64,000 nucleotides of DNA from the human T2T-CHM13v2.0 reference genome, Homo sapiens (GCF_009914755.1 NC_060932.1); one strand, 5' to 3'. Counted from the first letter of the stretch, positions 37,975 to 54,827 are shown. Notes: a model not told the origin generated them from the sequence alone. Made by a program: numbers and translations.

Positions 37975-40134
37975 AAAAACTCTTTTAAAAACATTTCAGA
38001 TGTCAGAAATAAAAATATTTCAGATGAACAAAAACTAATAATTTACCACCAATATTCTCTCATTAAGGAATATGCCTAGGACATAATTTAAAATAAAGAA
38101 AAATGATACCAGAAGAAATTATGACCAAAGAAATAGCAAATATATGGGCAAATCTTAACAAATATTAATTTGTAACATATATTTTCTTCACTTTTTATTT
38201 GCGACATTTCATTGTCTTTATATTTATATTTTAGATATTTCTCTTTAAATAGCATATGCCAAGATTTTGCTTTTAATCCAGTTTTACAATCTTTCTTTCA
38301 TAGTCTAGTCCATTCTGTTGGTTGTAATAACTGACCCATTCTGATTTACATCCACAACTTTAATTTTACTTTCTTGGTTTTTCTTAATTTCTTAATTTTT
38401 GCTTTTTATTTGTGTTACATATATATTTTTTGCTTGAGATTGTATTTATTTTTGTCCTTAATTTTTGCTTTTTTTGTATTCCTTTTTTCTCCTCCACTAG
38501 TTTGGAAAGTATACTCTGTAGCTTTTCTATTAATAGTTAACCCAGAAGTTTTTACCAGATATACTTAGTTTAACAATGTTTAAAATAATCACTATTTCTA
38601 TCCTACTTTGCCAGTATGATGAGTTGGAATTCTTTCAACTTAGATCATCTTCTTAATAATTTATGTGCTCTTACTACCCAGTATTTTAATACTGTTTTTA
38701 ACATCACAAATTAGATGTCTTGATTATTATTATTGCTTGTGTGAACTCTAAAACATAAACTTTCCAGCAAGCCTCAGCCATCTTTCCCATCCTTCCTGAA
38801 GGCAGTTTCAGTTCACATGTATACTATAGTTTTTTATTGTTTCTTTCTTCTTGGTACTTAAGAATAGAGTTCTTAATTACAGTAGTGTTTTAGCCAGCAT
38901 TAATACATGTTTATAGCAGGAGGGTTTTCAAGTTTTTTCATCTGTAATATACTGGAACAAGTGATAAAATATTTATTTGTGACCTAAACAGCAAACTTTC
39001 TAATGGGGAGAAGCAGCAGAGATGTGAAAGGGAAGGGTTGAGCTTTGAATTGGAGGGGGAAGAAAGATGTAAAATGAGAAAAAAGCAATTGAAAATTTAT
39101 ATTTCAAAAATTTCAAATAAGGAAATTTTGTATTCTAAATAAAGCGTAATAAACTAAGAAATAGTATCCTGAGCAATATGTAATAAATTCTGTTTGATGA
39201 TTGAACATTCTTTAATTGTTTTCTCATTCATGAATTTACACAGTAGTATGACGTATCAATAAAACTAAAGGATCTGTAGGAAGGCCTGGATAGAAGAATC
39301 ATATTCTCTTTGTGAAGTCTAAGCCTCTCTTATTGAAAAAATGAGTGTTTTCGTCAACAAGTATTTGCTGAATTCTTGTGATATGCCCAGTGACAAGGGT
39401 TAAGGATGAGGTGGAAAGTAAGTTAGAAGTGTAAAGTGGTCCCTGGCTTTTAGACATGGTGCCTCTGACATGAATATCTGTGAGATAAACAGTCTTGATT
39501 ATTATTATTTGAATAAAATCTTCAGTTGAAGATATATTTGAATATATATTTGAATAAAATCTTCAGTTGAAAACAAATCATTTAAGATGCAAAAACAAAA
39601 TTAAAAAGTTGTGACAGACTGGGTATATTAACTGGGAGAGACTAGGCTGCGAGAAACAGAAAATTTAGCTAACACAGTAGTGTAAACTATGAGGACAATA
39701 GGACATTTATTGTTTGCTCAATAGAAGATTTAGAGGGAGATGGTCTGAAGAAGGCAAATGAGGCTGCTAGACGACTTCATCAAGGACTTGTGCTTGCTCT
39801 AGCTTCCCATGTTGCTTCTTGATCAAATTGGCCAAAACTGCTTAACACAATGATTCCTGGTTGCAAAGAAAAGCTGAGAAAACAAGTATCTGTCTTTTTT
39901 GGCCTTTATCTAGGGATGAAAGGGAAAAGGGGGTCAGAAAAGGCTCTTAGGTAGCCAGCCATAGTTTCTGACACACTGGGGGAAAAACTATAATGAAGCA
40001 TATATGGAAATCTGATATATGGCACTTGATAGTGGCATTGCAGATCAAGTAGAGAAATGATTGATATTCAATAATGGTGCTGGGACATTTGGTCTTCCAT
40101 GTAGAAAATATCTACAAATAAAAATATATATAAC

Positions 40135-40237
40135 ATCTAAGTTTGTGTAAGTACACTCCACGATGTTCACACAACGACAAAATTGCCTAACAACACATTT
40201 CTCAGAATGCATTTCCATCACCAAGCAATTTATGACT
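40135..40237 (+). mobile_element. Tigger3/MER7-like DNA transposon end
   Basis: gtttgtgtaagtacactccacgatgttcacacaacgacaaaattgcctaac...atttctcagaat. Confidence 0.65.
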
Positions 40238-40611
40238 TAATATGAAGAATTTCTACTCATTAAAGAGAAAAAGACATGTAACCCAATGGAAAACTGAGTA
40301 AAGTATATAAATAGACAGTCACAGTGAGAATAAATGCAAATAGATAAACTTATGAAAAGATACATAATCATAATAGTTTTCAGGGAAATGAAAATTAGAA
40401 CAAGAATAAGGTATATTTTCAGCAATCAGGTTGATAAAAATGTAAAGTTTGATAATATTCAGGGTTGATTAAGATTTAAGGAAACAGGGACCCTCTTAAA
40501 CTATTGGCAGATCAATAAACTGGCACAGTTAGTTTAGAGTACAATATGATAATATATCTGCAAATTTATCAACTTTCACTTAACGATTCTACTCTTGGTA
40601 TCTTCTTCTGA

Positions 40612-41094
<483 letters not shown>

Positions 41095-41639
41095 TAAGAA
41101 TGAATTAGATCTATGTGTGCTATAATAAAAAATCACTGAAGCATATTAAGTTGAAGTCATAACTATGTAAAAAGTGTGACATCACATATTTAAAACATAC
41201 ACAGCAAATAATACAGTAATACCACGGGCAGTATTTTGTATAGATATAGATGCACATAAATAAAATTACGTTTTATAATTGCATTTTTAAAATCTAGAAG
41301 ATGAGCAACTAATTGATAAAAAGGAAGAGTGCATGTAAATGGTTTTTTAAAAAGCTGAGGAAATTTTAAAGATCACCTGACCCAGTGTTTTCTTAAGTGA
41401 TACAGCGTTCTGCTAATAGTGTACAGAATCCCTTTTAGTAATCCTGGACATGGCATGAAATAAACTGGAATCACACAGGGAGAAAGTTATTCCATTTTCA
41501 ATGATTTTTCAATCCTTCTGCTCAGGTAAAATATAAATTCTGTCTAGTGCCCACATGGTCCTCCTAACACTCATCTCCCTTTTTATCGAAGAGCGAACTC
41601 TTGGCTCACAGACTTCAATAGAAACAGAATCTAGCTAAA

Positions 41640-41929
41640 TTTTTTTTGTTTTGAGAGGGAGTCTCACTTTGCCGCCCAGGCTGGAGTGCAGTGATCTCAG
41701 CTCACTGCAAGGTCCGCCTCCCAGGTTCACGCCATTCTCCTGCCTCAGCCTCCTGAGTAGCTGGGACTACAGGCACCCGCCACCACGCCCGGCTAATTTT
41801 TTTGTATTTTCAGTAGAGACGGTGTTTCACCGTGTTAGCCAGGATGGTCTCGATCTCCTGACCTCGTGATCCACCCGCCTTGGCCTCCCAAAGTGCTGGG
41901 ATTACAGGCATGAGCCACTGTGCCTGGCC
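41640..41929 (-). mobile_element. AluY-like
   Basis: ggttcacgccattctcc and cgtgttagccaggatgg diagnostics; TSD aatctagct(a/g)aattt. Confidence 0.92.
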
Positions 41930-42703
41930 AATCTAGCTGAATTTAATAGCATTATTTATAGTGTATTGATTTCTAAGATTACCTTATAGTTTTAGCAAGC
42001 GATACTTTTTTTCATTTACTGTAATGCTGTATTTGCTTTTAAAATAAGTGAAATAGTCAATTAAGATATTCAGTAAATACACACATGTGTTTAGACACAT
42101 ATGAACATATATACAGGGAATATATACACATATATATACATATTATGTTTGTAGATATATATCTATATAAAGAAAACTGCTATTAAATAATAGTCTAGAT
42201 AATATGGCAAAAGTTTTGAGGGGAAATATGAATGACAACTTTCAGAAAGATGAAACTAATTGTCCTTTTGCTGTGTAAATAAAGAAAATCAGGTTGTTGC
42301 TACTTTCATGTGCTTTCTACAATTTAATTGGATCATCTCAAAGTTATGTTTTATATGTTATATATGTATGTTTTATAACATATATAATTTTGATTAACAT
42401 TGTATTCTTTGGGTCATTCATAATGGTAGTCTTCTATAACCACTAAGTAAATAAAATCTTACCATTTTTCAATATTTAAAAAGAATTTGGCAAAGAAAGT
42501 TTTCCAAAACCATGAAATCGTCTGCAGCGCTGGGGCTGGGTGGTAAATTTCCAGTTAAGGATCATGATGAATGTATACTATTACACAGTGTGTTGGCCTT
42601 TACATAAAATAATAATGAGTTAATTCATACTATTAAGGAAAATGAATGAAATACACTGTTTTGAGATTTGTCTTTGAGCTAATACTTAACATCTGTTTGC
42701 CAG

Positions 42704-42757
42704 GGTGGTCCAGGACTCCGAGGACCAAAGGGCCAGCAAGGTGAACCGGGTCCAAAG
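42704..42757 (+). CDS. COL14A1: COL14A1 exon L (54 nt), Gly-X-Y
   Basis: ttgccag|GGT GGT CCA...CCA AAG|gtaatg; GGPGLRGPKGQQGEPGPK; canonical 54-nt collagen exon. Confidence 0.96.
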
Positions 42758-42773
42758 GTAATGCGCATGTTTT

Positions 42774-42807
42774 CTCTCTCTCTCTGTCTCATCTCTCTCT
42801 CTCTCTC
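42774..42807 (+). repeat. Imperfect (CT)n just downstream of the exon L donor
   Basis: ctctctctctctgtctcatctctctctctctctc. Confidence 0.85.
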
Positions 42808-44509
42808 ATAAATAGCCATCATTTTGGAGCTAAATGTGACTTATTTCACCCTTGCAATCTAAAGTTCCTTATAGTTTTATGAAAGTTGTGCCTAACCCTT
42901 CTTCCTTATTTTAAAAGCCTATGCTTTTAATCAAAAAGAATATTTAATAACTCAATGAAAAGAAAGGCTTCTGGGTCAGAAATAAGAATGTCAATGTTCT
43001 GAGTGGTTTAGTCTCCAAGGTAGTTCTCTCAGAAATTGTACATTCTTCTCTTCCTCTACCTACAACAAAAACGTATCTTTAGAGGAATCATGCAGAACCA
43101 CAATTTGGCATTAGTCCTTTCCAGGTAATTTCTCAGGTTTTGGATTCCTCCTCCTCCACTGCACTATATATAATCAAACACACAACTCTGTTTTTCATTC
43201 TTACTGCCCAGGGTCATCAAATGTGGTGGTTCAGGTTGTACATTGTTCAAAGGCACCTGCCAAGAGACCAAGCCATGCCAAGCCATGTCAAGGAACACGT
43301 TTTTCTACTTTGCACAAAGGCATCCTGAGGACTGGCAGAAGCCCAGACACTAATGGAGTTCAGGCCTCACCATCTTCTCTCCAGCTCTTGGCAAATCTTC
43401 TAACTGGTCTTCTGTCCCAAGTGGCTTAACATTTCGATTGATTCTTCACATCTGCCCCCAGATTAATTTCCTTAAAGTCTATGCTGGATCATATCATACT
43501 TTTCAAAAACCTGCAGTCACATGCTGTTGCCTTCAGAATACCGTTCACCCTCTTTGCTGAGGCATTTAAGGCCCTTTGTAACTTGACTCCCATCTCATTT
43601 TCACCATGTTGCTCCACATGTTCTCCTCTCCATCCATCTTGCTTGACTTACTGCTCAGTATGGTTTCTTATTAAATTTACATAGCATTTATTCATGGAGA
43701 GGAGAACATTGCAAGGTTTTTTACCATAAAATTGGAAACAGATGAAGCAAGGTAGAAGAAAATATTGGGATAAAAAACAAGTAAATGAAAGAAGGCTAAA
43801 GACAATTAATCAGGTACTACCCAATCCAAAATTCAGACCATAAGATGTCTCCTTTTTTGTTTATTTTGTTTGGTGGGACAGACTTGAGGTATCTTACTTG
43901 GTTCCATCTTTTATGGTGCTGTAAGAAGGGCAGTAGTTGGAGGCCTCTTCTCAAGCAAGGGTGCACTGCATCTTCCTCAGTTTCACCCAAAGGCAATGCC
44001 CCTCTGCTCCTATAGATTCTAGTTCCCTCTTCCCAATGCCTCTATCAGCATGACCCCAGTGTTTTCTAACATGATCACTGGATGATCGTTCTAATCATGA
44101 AGATAAATGAGTTCGTAGATGTTTGGTGATCCCAAGACCTACCCATTTCCTCCAATTACCATTTCCATAGGTTGCTACTGATATGGTTATTTCTGTATGA
44201 TGATTTTGATGAATCACAGATCCAAGTGAGTAGTGGTTTTTGGAAAAAGTCTTATTGGACAAAGGACGTTGACATGTCCACCAATGTGGACAGTGCAGGA
44301 ATAGATACCTTGCATACGGAAGGCCCCAGTATGTATGATTTTTTATTTTGTTGCAGCAAATACAGAATAAGAATTTGGAAGGACAAAGCAAACCTCTTGT
44401 TGGTCTCTCCTAGTCATTTTTGCCTCATATTTTATAGGATAAAATGGGACCCCCTAGTTTTTGCCCTTCTACTCTATTTGCAATTTCTCGATAACATATT
44501 ATTAAACTC

Positions 44510-44811
<302 letters not shown>

Positions 44812-45772
44812 TTATTAAACTATTATATATTAAAATGATTTATTATTAAACCATTACAAATACTAAGTAATACATAAAAATTGCCTCCTTGCTGCCTCCA
44901 TCGTATTTTTAAAAATCCAGCTCCCTCCCTCTCCCTTCCTCTTATGCCATGCTCCTTGTAAGAATAGTTATCATTCAGTGCTTCCACATGCTCACCTCCC
45001 AAAGAATTCTCAACCCACATATGCTTCCTCTTCCTCTGGGAGTCCTATGAAAATTCTCTCATAAAAGTTCCTAATTACTTGCTTGTTACCAGTTCCATAG
45101 ATTAGAGTTTAATTTTTTTAACACAATCAAACACTTCTTTGTTTGAAAATTTCTCCTCCTTTGGCTGTTTCTATAGCACAATACCACTCCGTCTTCAGCC
45201 TCTTCCTAATTCTCGGGCTTTTTCATTTCAGATTCTTCCCCAGGTTTCTCTTCCTTTCCCTTCTACCTGATTATCATCTCATTTTTATTCACATTCTATT
45301 TCACTCACTCAATACATTCTCCTTAATAACCTCACCTATAAATATATTTTCAACTACTCCAAAATCCATCCCAGCATAGACCTTGCCTAACTCCTTGGCC
45401 TGCTGGACATTTCCATGTGGTTTATCCCAAGCACCTAAATCTTAACAAGTCTTAGTCTGCACTCATTATCTACCCACACTTTACCCAACAATGCCTTTTT
45501 TTCTGTATTCTTTGTCCCATGTAACGTGTTCACCAATCTCAGAGCTAAGATGATACACAGATGTTGGAGGTCCTAATTTAATAAAAGAATAGCTGTAGTT
45601 GAAGTCACAGAATGAGACAGAAGAGACTGAGGATAGGTAGGTTTTTGGGTCTAATATTTCTTACATGGTTTAGTTTTAGTTAAACCGCAACAAGATCCAA
45701 GCTACAGAAATAAGGGTTACAGAAATAAGGGTAAAAGGGATGTCTGATCCTGAAAAGAAAGGAAGTAAAATA

Positions 45773-46089
<317 letters not shown>

Positions 46090-46624
46090 CTAAGCCGAGG
46101 GAAGGTCATTCAGTGGACATTGAAGGAGGTGTAGTGTGGTGGCAGCGTCAAAGTGAGGAAGAAAGCAGAGGCTAGGTGCAAAGTTCTCAATAAATGCAGA
46201 GGAGTCCCCCCGAGGTAGGTGGTTGACAGTAGCGAAGACAGAGAGAATGTAGTTCATCTGGACAGTGTGAACCTTCCCAGACTAGGAAGGTGGTCTTGAA
46301 GCACTTATACTTATAAATTTGTTATGGAGTGTGGGGGGTCTCATTACTTACATAATTGGCATAGCACTCTTATTTACAGAAGCAAAAGTAGTAATGATAA
46401 AAATAAAGTTACAGCGATCCCTGTGTGTTTACTCTTATGGTTTACTGATGACATTTTGCCTGGAAGGTAAATCATTTGAGGCTTGATGTCTTGCTATCCT
46501 GAGTATTTCCTATCTTAAGAAAAACTATATAAGAAAACAAATTATAATTGTCCTAAGCAGAAATATTTTCTAGATGTCAGAGTCTAACTTACTTTTAGGA
46601 TGATACTTCTCTCTTGCCTTCCAG

Positions 46625-46720
46625 GGACCAGATGGCCCTCGGGGTGAAATTGGTCTGCCAGGACCTCAGGGTCCACCTGGACCTCAAGGACCAAGTGGTC
46701 TGTCCATTCAAGGAATGCCC
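46625..46720 (+). CDS. COL14A1: COL14A1 exon M (96 nt), Gly-X-Y with one interruption
   Basis: cttccag|GGA CCA...ATG CCC|gtgagt; [32 protein letters not shown]. Confidence 0.96.
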
Positions 46721-47780
46721 GTGAGTTGTGTTCAAACATTCAGACGGGTTTTATTGTTATCTCTTTTCCATGAGGTTACAAAGAATGAACTTTTGTCTTC
46801 TGTGTCTTAATAATGAACCTCAGTCCCTTTGAAAGCAATGATGGAGTGTCATTTCACTAGTTGTGCCCTTAGCCATTTTTTTGTCCAATGATGAAGGTCT
46901 TTTAACAAATAAGTACATGCATACTTGTTGGAGGTAGGTCCATCCGCAAGCATTGTGTCTATAGAGGAAGAACAAAGCTTAGCATGTATAGCCCTTTTTC
47001 TCGTCTAACTAAATTCTTAATGGATGTGATAACAGTCAGAAAGTAACAAATGTTATACAAATTTAAGTTTTTTCATTATGTGTAGTAACTGCTGATATAA
47101 ATTAATAAAAGCCATTTATTCATGATCCTTATCTCAAATGGCATCAAAGTGCAGTTTATGGAGAGTGAGAGTTTAGATTTTTAGATGATGTATTTTATAT
47201 AGCTGCATTTCTTTGAAAAGTCATTTTGTACCATTGAAAAAAAAGTTTAATTCCATTCACTGATCTTCATTAATCTTACTGTAGGAGTCTAGATTTAAGA
47301 ATAAAAACAATCTCTTTAATTCATATTTGAAGCAACCAGATCCTTTTAAGCACAATTTTTGGCAATCTTTCTGCACATATGATTGTGTCTGCCTAGCTGA
47401 GAAGTTTCTCCTACAGTGTTATTTTTACATTTTAGAAAGCATTAACATGCCAATTTGTGTAATTACTACTAATAATAAACATTGGTTGAGGTCTTACTAC
47501 ATGCCAGATTCTGTGTTTGCTTTTCCCTTCTTATATTCCATTTAAGTATGTTTCTAGCCAAAACAAAACAAAACAAATCTACATAGATATGAGATTGTAA
47601 AATCCAAGCCGTAAATAATACTGAAATGTTCAAGCCGCCCTGCATGTATTTACAATATTGGCCTTGCCATATTAGACTGTATATTCTATGTTAAAACTAT
47701 CCTGGTATATAAATGTTCAGCTCCATAGGAATGTTTACATAAATGGCATAACATATGTGGAAAGTGAAATATATTCTGTT

Positions 47781-48103
<323 letters not shown>

Positions 48104-48221
48104 TTAGATGTTAGTGCAAACGTGATTTACTGTGGAAACTATTTAAATAATGAGAGAAGGAAAAGAAAACGCTAAGAATTTACCTATGTGAACTTAACTC
48201 TGTATACTTTTGGATATTCAG

Positions 48222-48275
48222 GGAATGCCAGGAGAAAAAGGAGAGAAAGGAGATACTGGCCTTCCAGGTCCACAG
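48222..48275 (+). CDS. COL14A1: COL14A1 exon N (54 nt), Gly-X-Y
   Basis: tattcag|GGA ATG...CCA CAG|gtatta; GMPGEKGEKGDTGLPGPQ. Confidence 0.96.
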
Positions 48276-48632
48276 GTATTATTTTTGTTTTTTAAGTCTA
48301 TTGCTCTCAGTCTACAACTTTGCCAAGGGGGAAAAAAAAGCTGTAGCTTCTGAAGTCAGTTGTGATCTTGGTAAGTGTTTTCCATATTAAAGACTGCCTG
48401 TATTCACTTACCCTAAGCCCCTTTTGAGAGTCACACTGATGTTCCCCAGGTGAGCTCTGACAGGGAACATTCTTTGCCCATGAATAACTTCTAAGTCTGA
48501 ATTCTAGGTTACAAAGGGTTCACCATTATGCTCTTAGGTTTGTTTGGAGGCCTTCATCTATTTCAGGGAAGCTGCGTGAGCAGATGACTCATTCCTGTGA
48601 ACCTGACTCTTTTTTGTCCCTGTTCTACACAG

Positions 48633-48686
48633 GGTATCCCAGGAGGCGTTGGTTCACCAGGACGTGATGGCTCACCAGGCCAGAGG
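48633..48686 (+). CDS. COL14A1: COL14A1 exon O (54 nt), Gly-X-Y
   Basis: ctacacag|GGT ATC...CAG AGG|gtaagg; GIPGGVGSPGRDGSPGQR. Confidence 0.96.
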
Positions 48687-49199
48687 GTAAGGTCTTGCCC
48701 AAGGTTGGTTTTTAGCAAAGTAGTGACCTTTTCACCAGGTCACTCTTATTGCTGACAGGCTTCTATGTAAGGGAGTCAAGCCAGTTTTTGCTTTTTGTTT
48801 TCTCCTGTTTATGTATTTTCCACCTATCCTGCATCTATTTCCCTTCACTGACATCTTCTATGTTCATTACTTCGTCAAACCCTAGGAACTTTCATCAAAC
48901 CTTCCCAAATTAGCACATCCCTTTCCGAGTGCTCCCATGACCTGAATACAGTTTATTGTGTGCATTGGTTTAGTAGATTTCTCCAGTTCTTTCAAATCCT
49001 TGAGGCATAAATGTAAAGGAAATAAAGAACCATATGAATTAAAATTTAAATAGAATGGCTTTCTGTAGTATGGCTTACATGGCAATCTCCATTTATTTAA
49101 TATCATTCAATTATTGGTTCTTCTCATCTGTTCAAGTGGACAGTAGTACAATAAAGTATAAAGATATTCAGGAAAGGGATACGCTAACATCTGGTATTT

Positions 49200-49730
49200 G
49201 TTTAGTCAATAAGGTTTTACTGAACCAAGTTTGAGGTTCTTGTTCTCAAAGAGTTTATAGTTTATTGGGAAGAAATATAACTAAATAAGAAACTTTTATT
49301 ACATGCTATCATGGGAGCAGAGCCCTGTGAGAACACAAAGAATGAATAACCAAGCTAGACTTGGAGGCTGGAAGAAGACTTCTCAGAGGAAGTACCATCT
49401 AGGCTGAGTCTTGACTGAAAGATAGAAGTCAGCCAGGTGAACAAGGAAAGGAAAGCTATTGCAAGCAGAGGAAAGAGCATATACAAAGAGGTAGAGGCAA
49501 GGGAAGGTGGAGCATTTCCAATATTGTACATCGTTTAGTATGGCAGAAGATTAGAGTAATTGTATGTGTATGTTGAATGCATGTGCACACTTACTTAGGT
49601 GTGGGGAGATTGTTAAGAGAAGAAGTTAGAGAGGTAAGCACAAATTCATTTAAATCATCTATTTTTTCCAACTAAGGATTTTGAACTTTAACATGAAGGC
49701 AATAGGTAGTCATTAAATTTTCAGCAAGGG
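49200..49730 (-). mobile_element. L2 relic
   Basis: gaagacttctcagaggaagtaccatctaggctgagtcttga; gcaagcagaggaaagagcatatacaaag. Confidence 0.6.
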
Positions 49731-51844
49731 ACACAGAGGCTGGTCTTCCTTAAACTGTCACCGATTTAGACATGTGAGCAGCTCCACAGTTTCTCTCAAG
49801 ACTGGATTATATAGAGTGGCGACCACTTAGATTCAATCCAATGAAGGACAGCACATCTGGTGTTCACTGGTGTTTTGGGTCGAACTTACTAGGTTAGCAA
49901 ACAATTGACTTGAGCACCCACTTCTCTACTCAAACAAGGCTTGCTTTTAGCTCAGGGTAGCTATACTGTTCAAGAATAATGAAACTGTTCTTGTTTTTTC
50001 TATAGAATGTAGATGCGCAAGCCTTCTACATCCCCCCCTTTTTTTTAACACCAAACTTTTGTTTGCCTAAAATCTCAGTGTAGTCTCTGTTCATCAAATG
50101 GAATTAGTCAGTCCGTGAAATATGTTTAGGTGAATGTATCTGAAGAAGGCATTCTGTAACAGTTAGATTTATGTAGCATTCTTGTACATGTGGAAGCAGC
50201 ATCTAGAAATATTTATATATTTTGGCAAAGGGCGTAGGCTAAGATCCTGTGTGGTTACACACCTGGATTCCTTCGTGATTCCTGAAGTTCTGAAAATGGC
50301 AATTCTAAAGATTTAGTTCGGTGAGTTTATTTATCTGTGCATGAAGTCCAATCTTGGCAAAGAACTCACAAATCAAACATGTTGAATTAGTGTTTGAATC
50401 ATTTGGTTTTGGAATTCTTTCTTTTAACACCAATATACCAACACAGACTTTTTATAAATATTTTGCTATCCCTCCAAATGTGTGTTCCTCTATAGGATTA
50501 AAAGGCTTAGAGCTGTAATAAAGTGATAAGATATGTGTAATTAGATTTTATTTTCCTTTCTCTTCCAATCTGGAAGTCAAACTTTTAGAGTATGTCTGAT
50601 TCTTAATTTGAAAACATATTAGATGGAAGTGGGCTTGCTTTTCCAAACTAGATTTCTGAGGATACTCATTCTTTATAGGGCCATGTTTAAAGAAAAGATT
50701 GTATGATTCCTGTGATGATTCTTCTAGAAGAGATATTTGAAGGCAATATCATTTCAATGTGCAACACAAGCAGATGCCATTCACACAGAATAAAACATAA
50801 TGGTGCCCCTGAAATTGTGTAACATGGCTGCCTTGCTTGAGGGAAGGACCACATATTTTTAATCAATCAGCCGTGTCTTCATTGAGCAGATATAATATGC
50901 CATGTACTGTGCTCAGCCTGGAAAGAGTTGTTCATTACTGCCTACAGAGAAGAATCCAGAAGAAGAGAGAACTTCAATGGCAGAGGGAGACAGTTTGTGG
51001 ACTGTTTGCCTAGAGGAGATGGAAGGAAGGGATAAGAACATGGCTGTTCCCTGGGGCCAGAAAGACAAAAGGGTCTTCTCAGAGACAGTAGAGAAGGAAA
51101 GAAGAAATGAAGGATGGATTAAAAACGGCTATTTAGGTGGCTCTGATCTGTTCAGTCAACTGATCTGAGGGCTTAAGGATAGTAAAGTTCTAACACAGTT
51201 AGATATTAATAATTACTGGGCAGGATTGTAAGATAGGAGGCCCAGGACAATTTTCATGGTGGGAGACAGACCTTGGACACGAAGCACCCCAGAAGACATG
51301 CTGCATTGGAGGGCCATCTCTCCCTGGTTTGGCAGTGGGAGAGGAGGTGCTGTTTATAGAGTAAGCACAAACACCTTGCAATTATTCCTGCTCCACCTCA
51401 GGCCATCCTAAAAGGCAAAGCTGCATTTGGGGGAAAAAAATAATTACAACAACAATAACAACCGTGGCATAGAAAGAGAGCAAACGCAGGATGATGAGAC
51501 TTACTGCTGAAATGACTGAGAAGACACTTCCAGAAAACTCCCCAGTCAGGCTCCACTGTCCAAAAAATCAGGAAGCCAAAGCTTTTTATTTTCCTCCACT
51601 CTGAGCACTGAAGTCACTTAACGTTACTGTGCCTTTATTTCCCCTGTCCTGTGTGAGTAAAGCCTACTCTAGGGAAAGGAGGAGGAAGCTGCAACAGACA
51701 TTTTCAATGATGTTTAATCGGCGCTTTTAGCTCCTTGGACAGTGTAAGGAGTACATGAGTGTGGTGTGCAGTAGGAGTGGTGGGCTATTCCTTACTGCTC
51801 ATTTTTCTTCCTTTTATATTTTTGCCTTCTCTTGTTTCTTTACT

Positions 51845-52164
<320 letters not shown>

Positions 52165-53529
52165 AAATCTTTGTCTTCTCTTATTGACAGCCACAAACTT
52201 AAAGCGCAAACCAGGTGCCATCACCTTGACTGAAAGCTTATGGAAAGGTTAGCACCCCTTTCCTGAAGCTGAAGCCAATAGTACCCCTGAATTTAGCCTA
52301 GAAGGAGAGAGATCTTAACAAATAATAAAAAGGAGAAGATGAAACATCTTTTCTTCTAATGTTTCTAGCTTATTCTGGCTTTTCCCAAGGGGAATCTTTG
52401 ACTCTTAGAGGTAGCTTTTATTCAACTCTGGGCCTGAGGCCATAAGCAAGTCTGGTAAAAACTGAACTTCATTGAACAAGTTGCAGCCTCTTGCTAGGCA
52501 GCCAGTAGAGTACAGGACCACACTTTAAAAAGCAATAGTGCAAGTTCATATTTCACAGCCAAATACATTGAGGCATTCAGTTTTCATTCCAGGTCATTCC
52601 AACAGAAAGCATTTTCGTCTCATCTTTCATTTGCACTGTAAATCTTGTCACTGCTGTCATCTCCTTCCTCTTCTTTTCTTGGTATCTGTGACTTCAGGAC
52701 CTATCCTGTGATCTTTGAGCTCCTCTAATATATGGTGGCTTTCTCAGTCCCCACCCTAGACATCAGGGTGGTCCTCAGGAAAACTAGGAAGAACAGGCAA
52801 GACATGGATTACTTCATGTTTCCAAGCCCTCACTTTCCTCAGCGGTAAAGTGGAAAAAATAATATTTGACTGCAGAGAATTGTCATGGAGATTAATTCAT
52901 ATAAAGCATTTCTCTATAAAAATGTGATTTTAGCTAATATTAGTATTCACTATTTTCAAGGTAAACTTAACAAGCCTGGACATTTATAATATTTTATAAG
53001 GCTTGTACTTGACACGTCGAGATGCCTTAGAAGACTGAAGAAATACAAAAATTCTTTTTTTAAAAGCAAGTTAAAAATTTTTTTTCTTGGATTTCACCTC
53101 ACAAGGACACCAGAAGCATGCTTCTAGATTATGCAGGTTTTATGTCTACAAAGGACATATTTGTGATGAATATCCCATTTCATCAAAAGTGAGTTAGACT
53201 TGAAATGCACTTGAGAAATTGAACTTGAGTCAACTATCTGGATTTAATTTTTATCATAAATGTTAAGCAGTGATGAAATATTTATCTAAGTAATATTTTG
53301 TAAAATACTAAGATTCATGATAATTATTCCCTTGAGCATCTTCCTCCTTCTGAAGAGGATGTGTAAATACCATCACAAAACTAGTGGAGGGAATAATTTG
53401 ATTTTCTTCTTTGTGGCTCTGGATGGGTTTTATAATATCCCAAGAAAGCCTTTGCACAATCAGCCACAGTGATGATGGTATATGCAGTTGAGACTGAACA
53501 GATTATTTGATAAAAATAGCAGCAACCAC

Positions 53530-53740
53530 TATCATTACTTATTGAATATGTGCAGGTGCTTTGCAATTATGATGTTCTCTAGTCCTCAGAATAACTACGA
53601 ATGCTAGTCATTGTTATCCCCATTTTACAGGCAAAGAATCTAAAGCTCAGAAAACGGAAGAAACAATGCCACACAGCTAGTAAGTGTTAGAGCCAGGATT
53701 TTAATCCATCTGCCTGGGTCCTACACTTCACTCTTTCTTT
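53530..53740 (-). mobile_element. MIR relic
   Basis: tgttatccccattttacaggcaaagaatctaaagctcaga core. Confidence 0.65.
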
Positions 53741-54048
53741 CCACAAAATTATATTAGTAAAGATCACCACAGGATTTTGTTACTGTGAGAAAATCTTTCT
53801 CAAAAGAGATATTTAATAAGCAGGACTTCAACACGGAAGATGTTGCGCCCAGCATTTTGGGGCAATAGGAACCCAGTGTGGGTTACTTTCTTGATGAAGT
53901 AGATACTGATGCTTCACCCATAAAAATATGGTTTCTTGATCACTTTACACCTTTACCTGGAGAGTGGCACACCTGGGCACATCTGAGAAGAGAACAGCTA
54001 CTAAAACATATTAGTTTCCTGTTTTTACTGACTCTAGAGATACTTCTG

Positions 54049-54433
<385 letters not shown>

Positions 54434-54827
54434 TCAGCGTCGGCACTTGCATTTTATATTGGTAAACCAGCAGTTTCCTAACTTAAGTCATCAGGTTGTT
54501 GTTTTGTGTTTTAATATACAGATTCCTGGACTTCAATCTCAGAGATTCGGATACAAAAGGTCTTAGGCATGACTTAGGAATGTATAGTTTTTAAAAGCTT
54601 AATGATTCTGATAACCAGCTAGGTTTTGGAATTGCTAGATAGTATATTGTGTGAGACCTACTGATGTCAAAGTGATTTCTTTGATAGACTATTGCTGGCA
54701 TTTTTTTTTGTTTTAATTCACTGAAGTCATCACTGCAGGTTACTAAAAATGTACATATGTTTATATTTATATATATACACATTTAAATTATAAATGAATA
54801 TGTATATATTAAAAATAGTATATGTGG

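Noticed and set aside
48585-48597. TGACTCATTCCTG AP-1/TEAD-like composite (TGACTCA also at 266, 2700, 26934)
   Set aside because: A 7-mer is expected about 8 times by chance on two strands of 64 kb; no independent support
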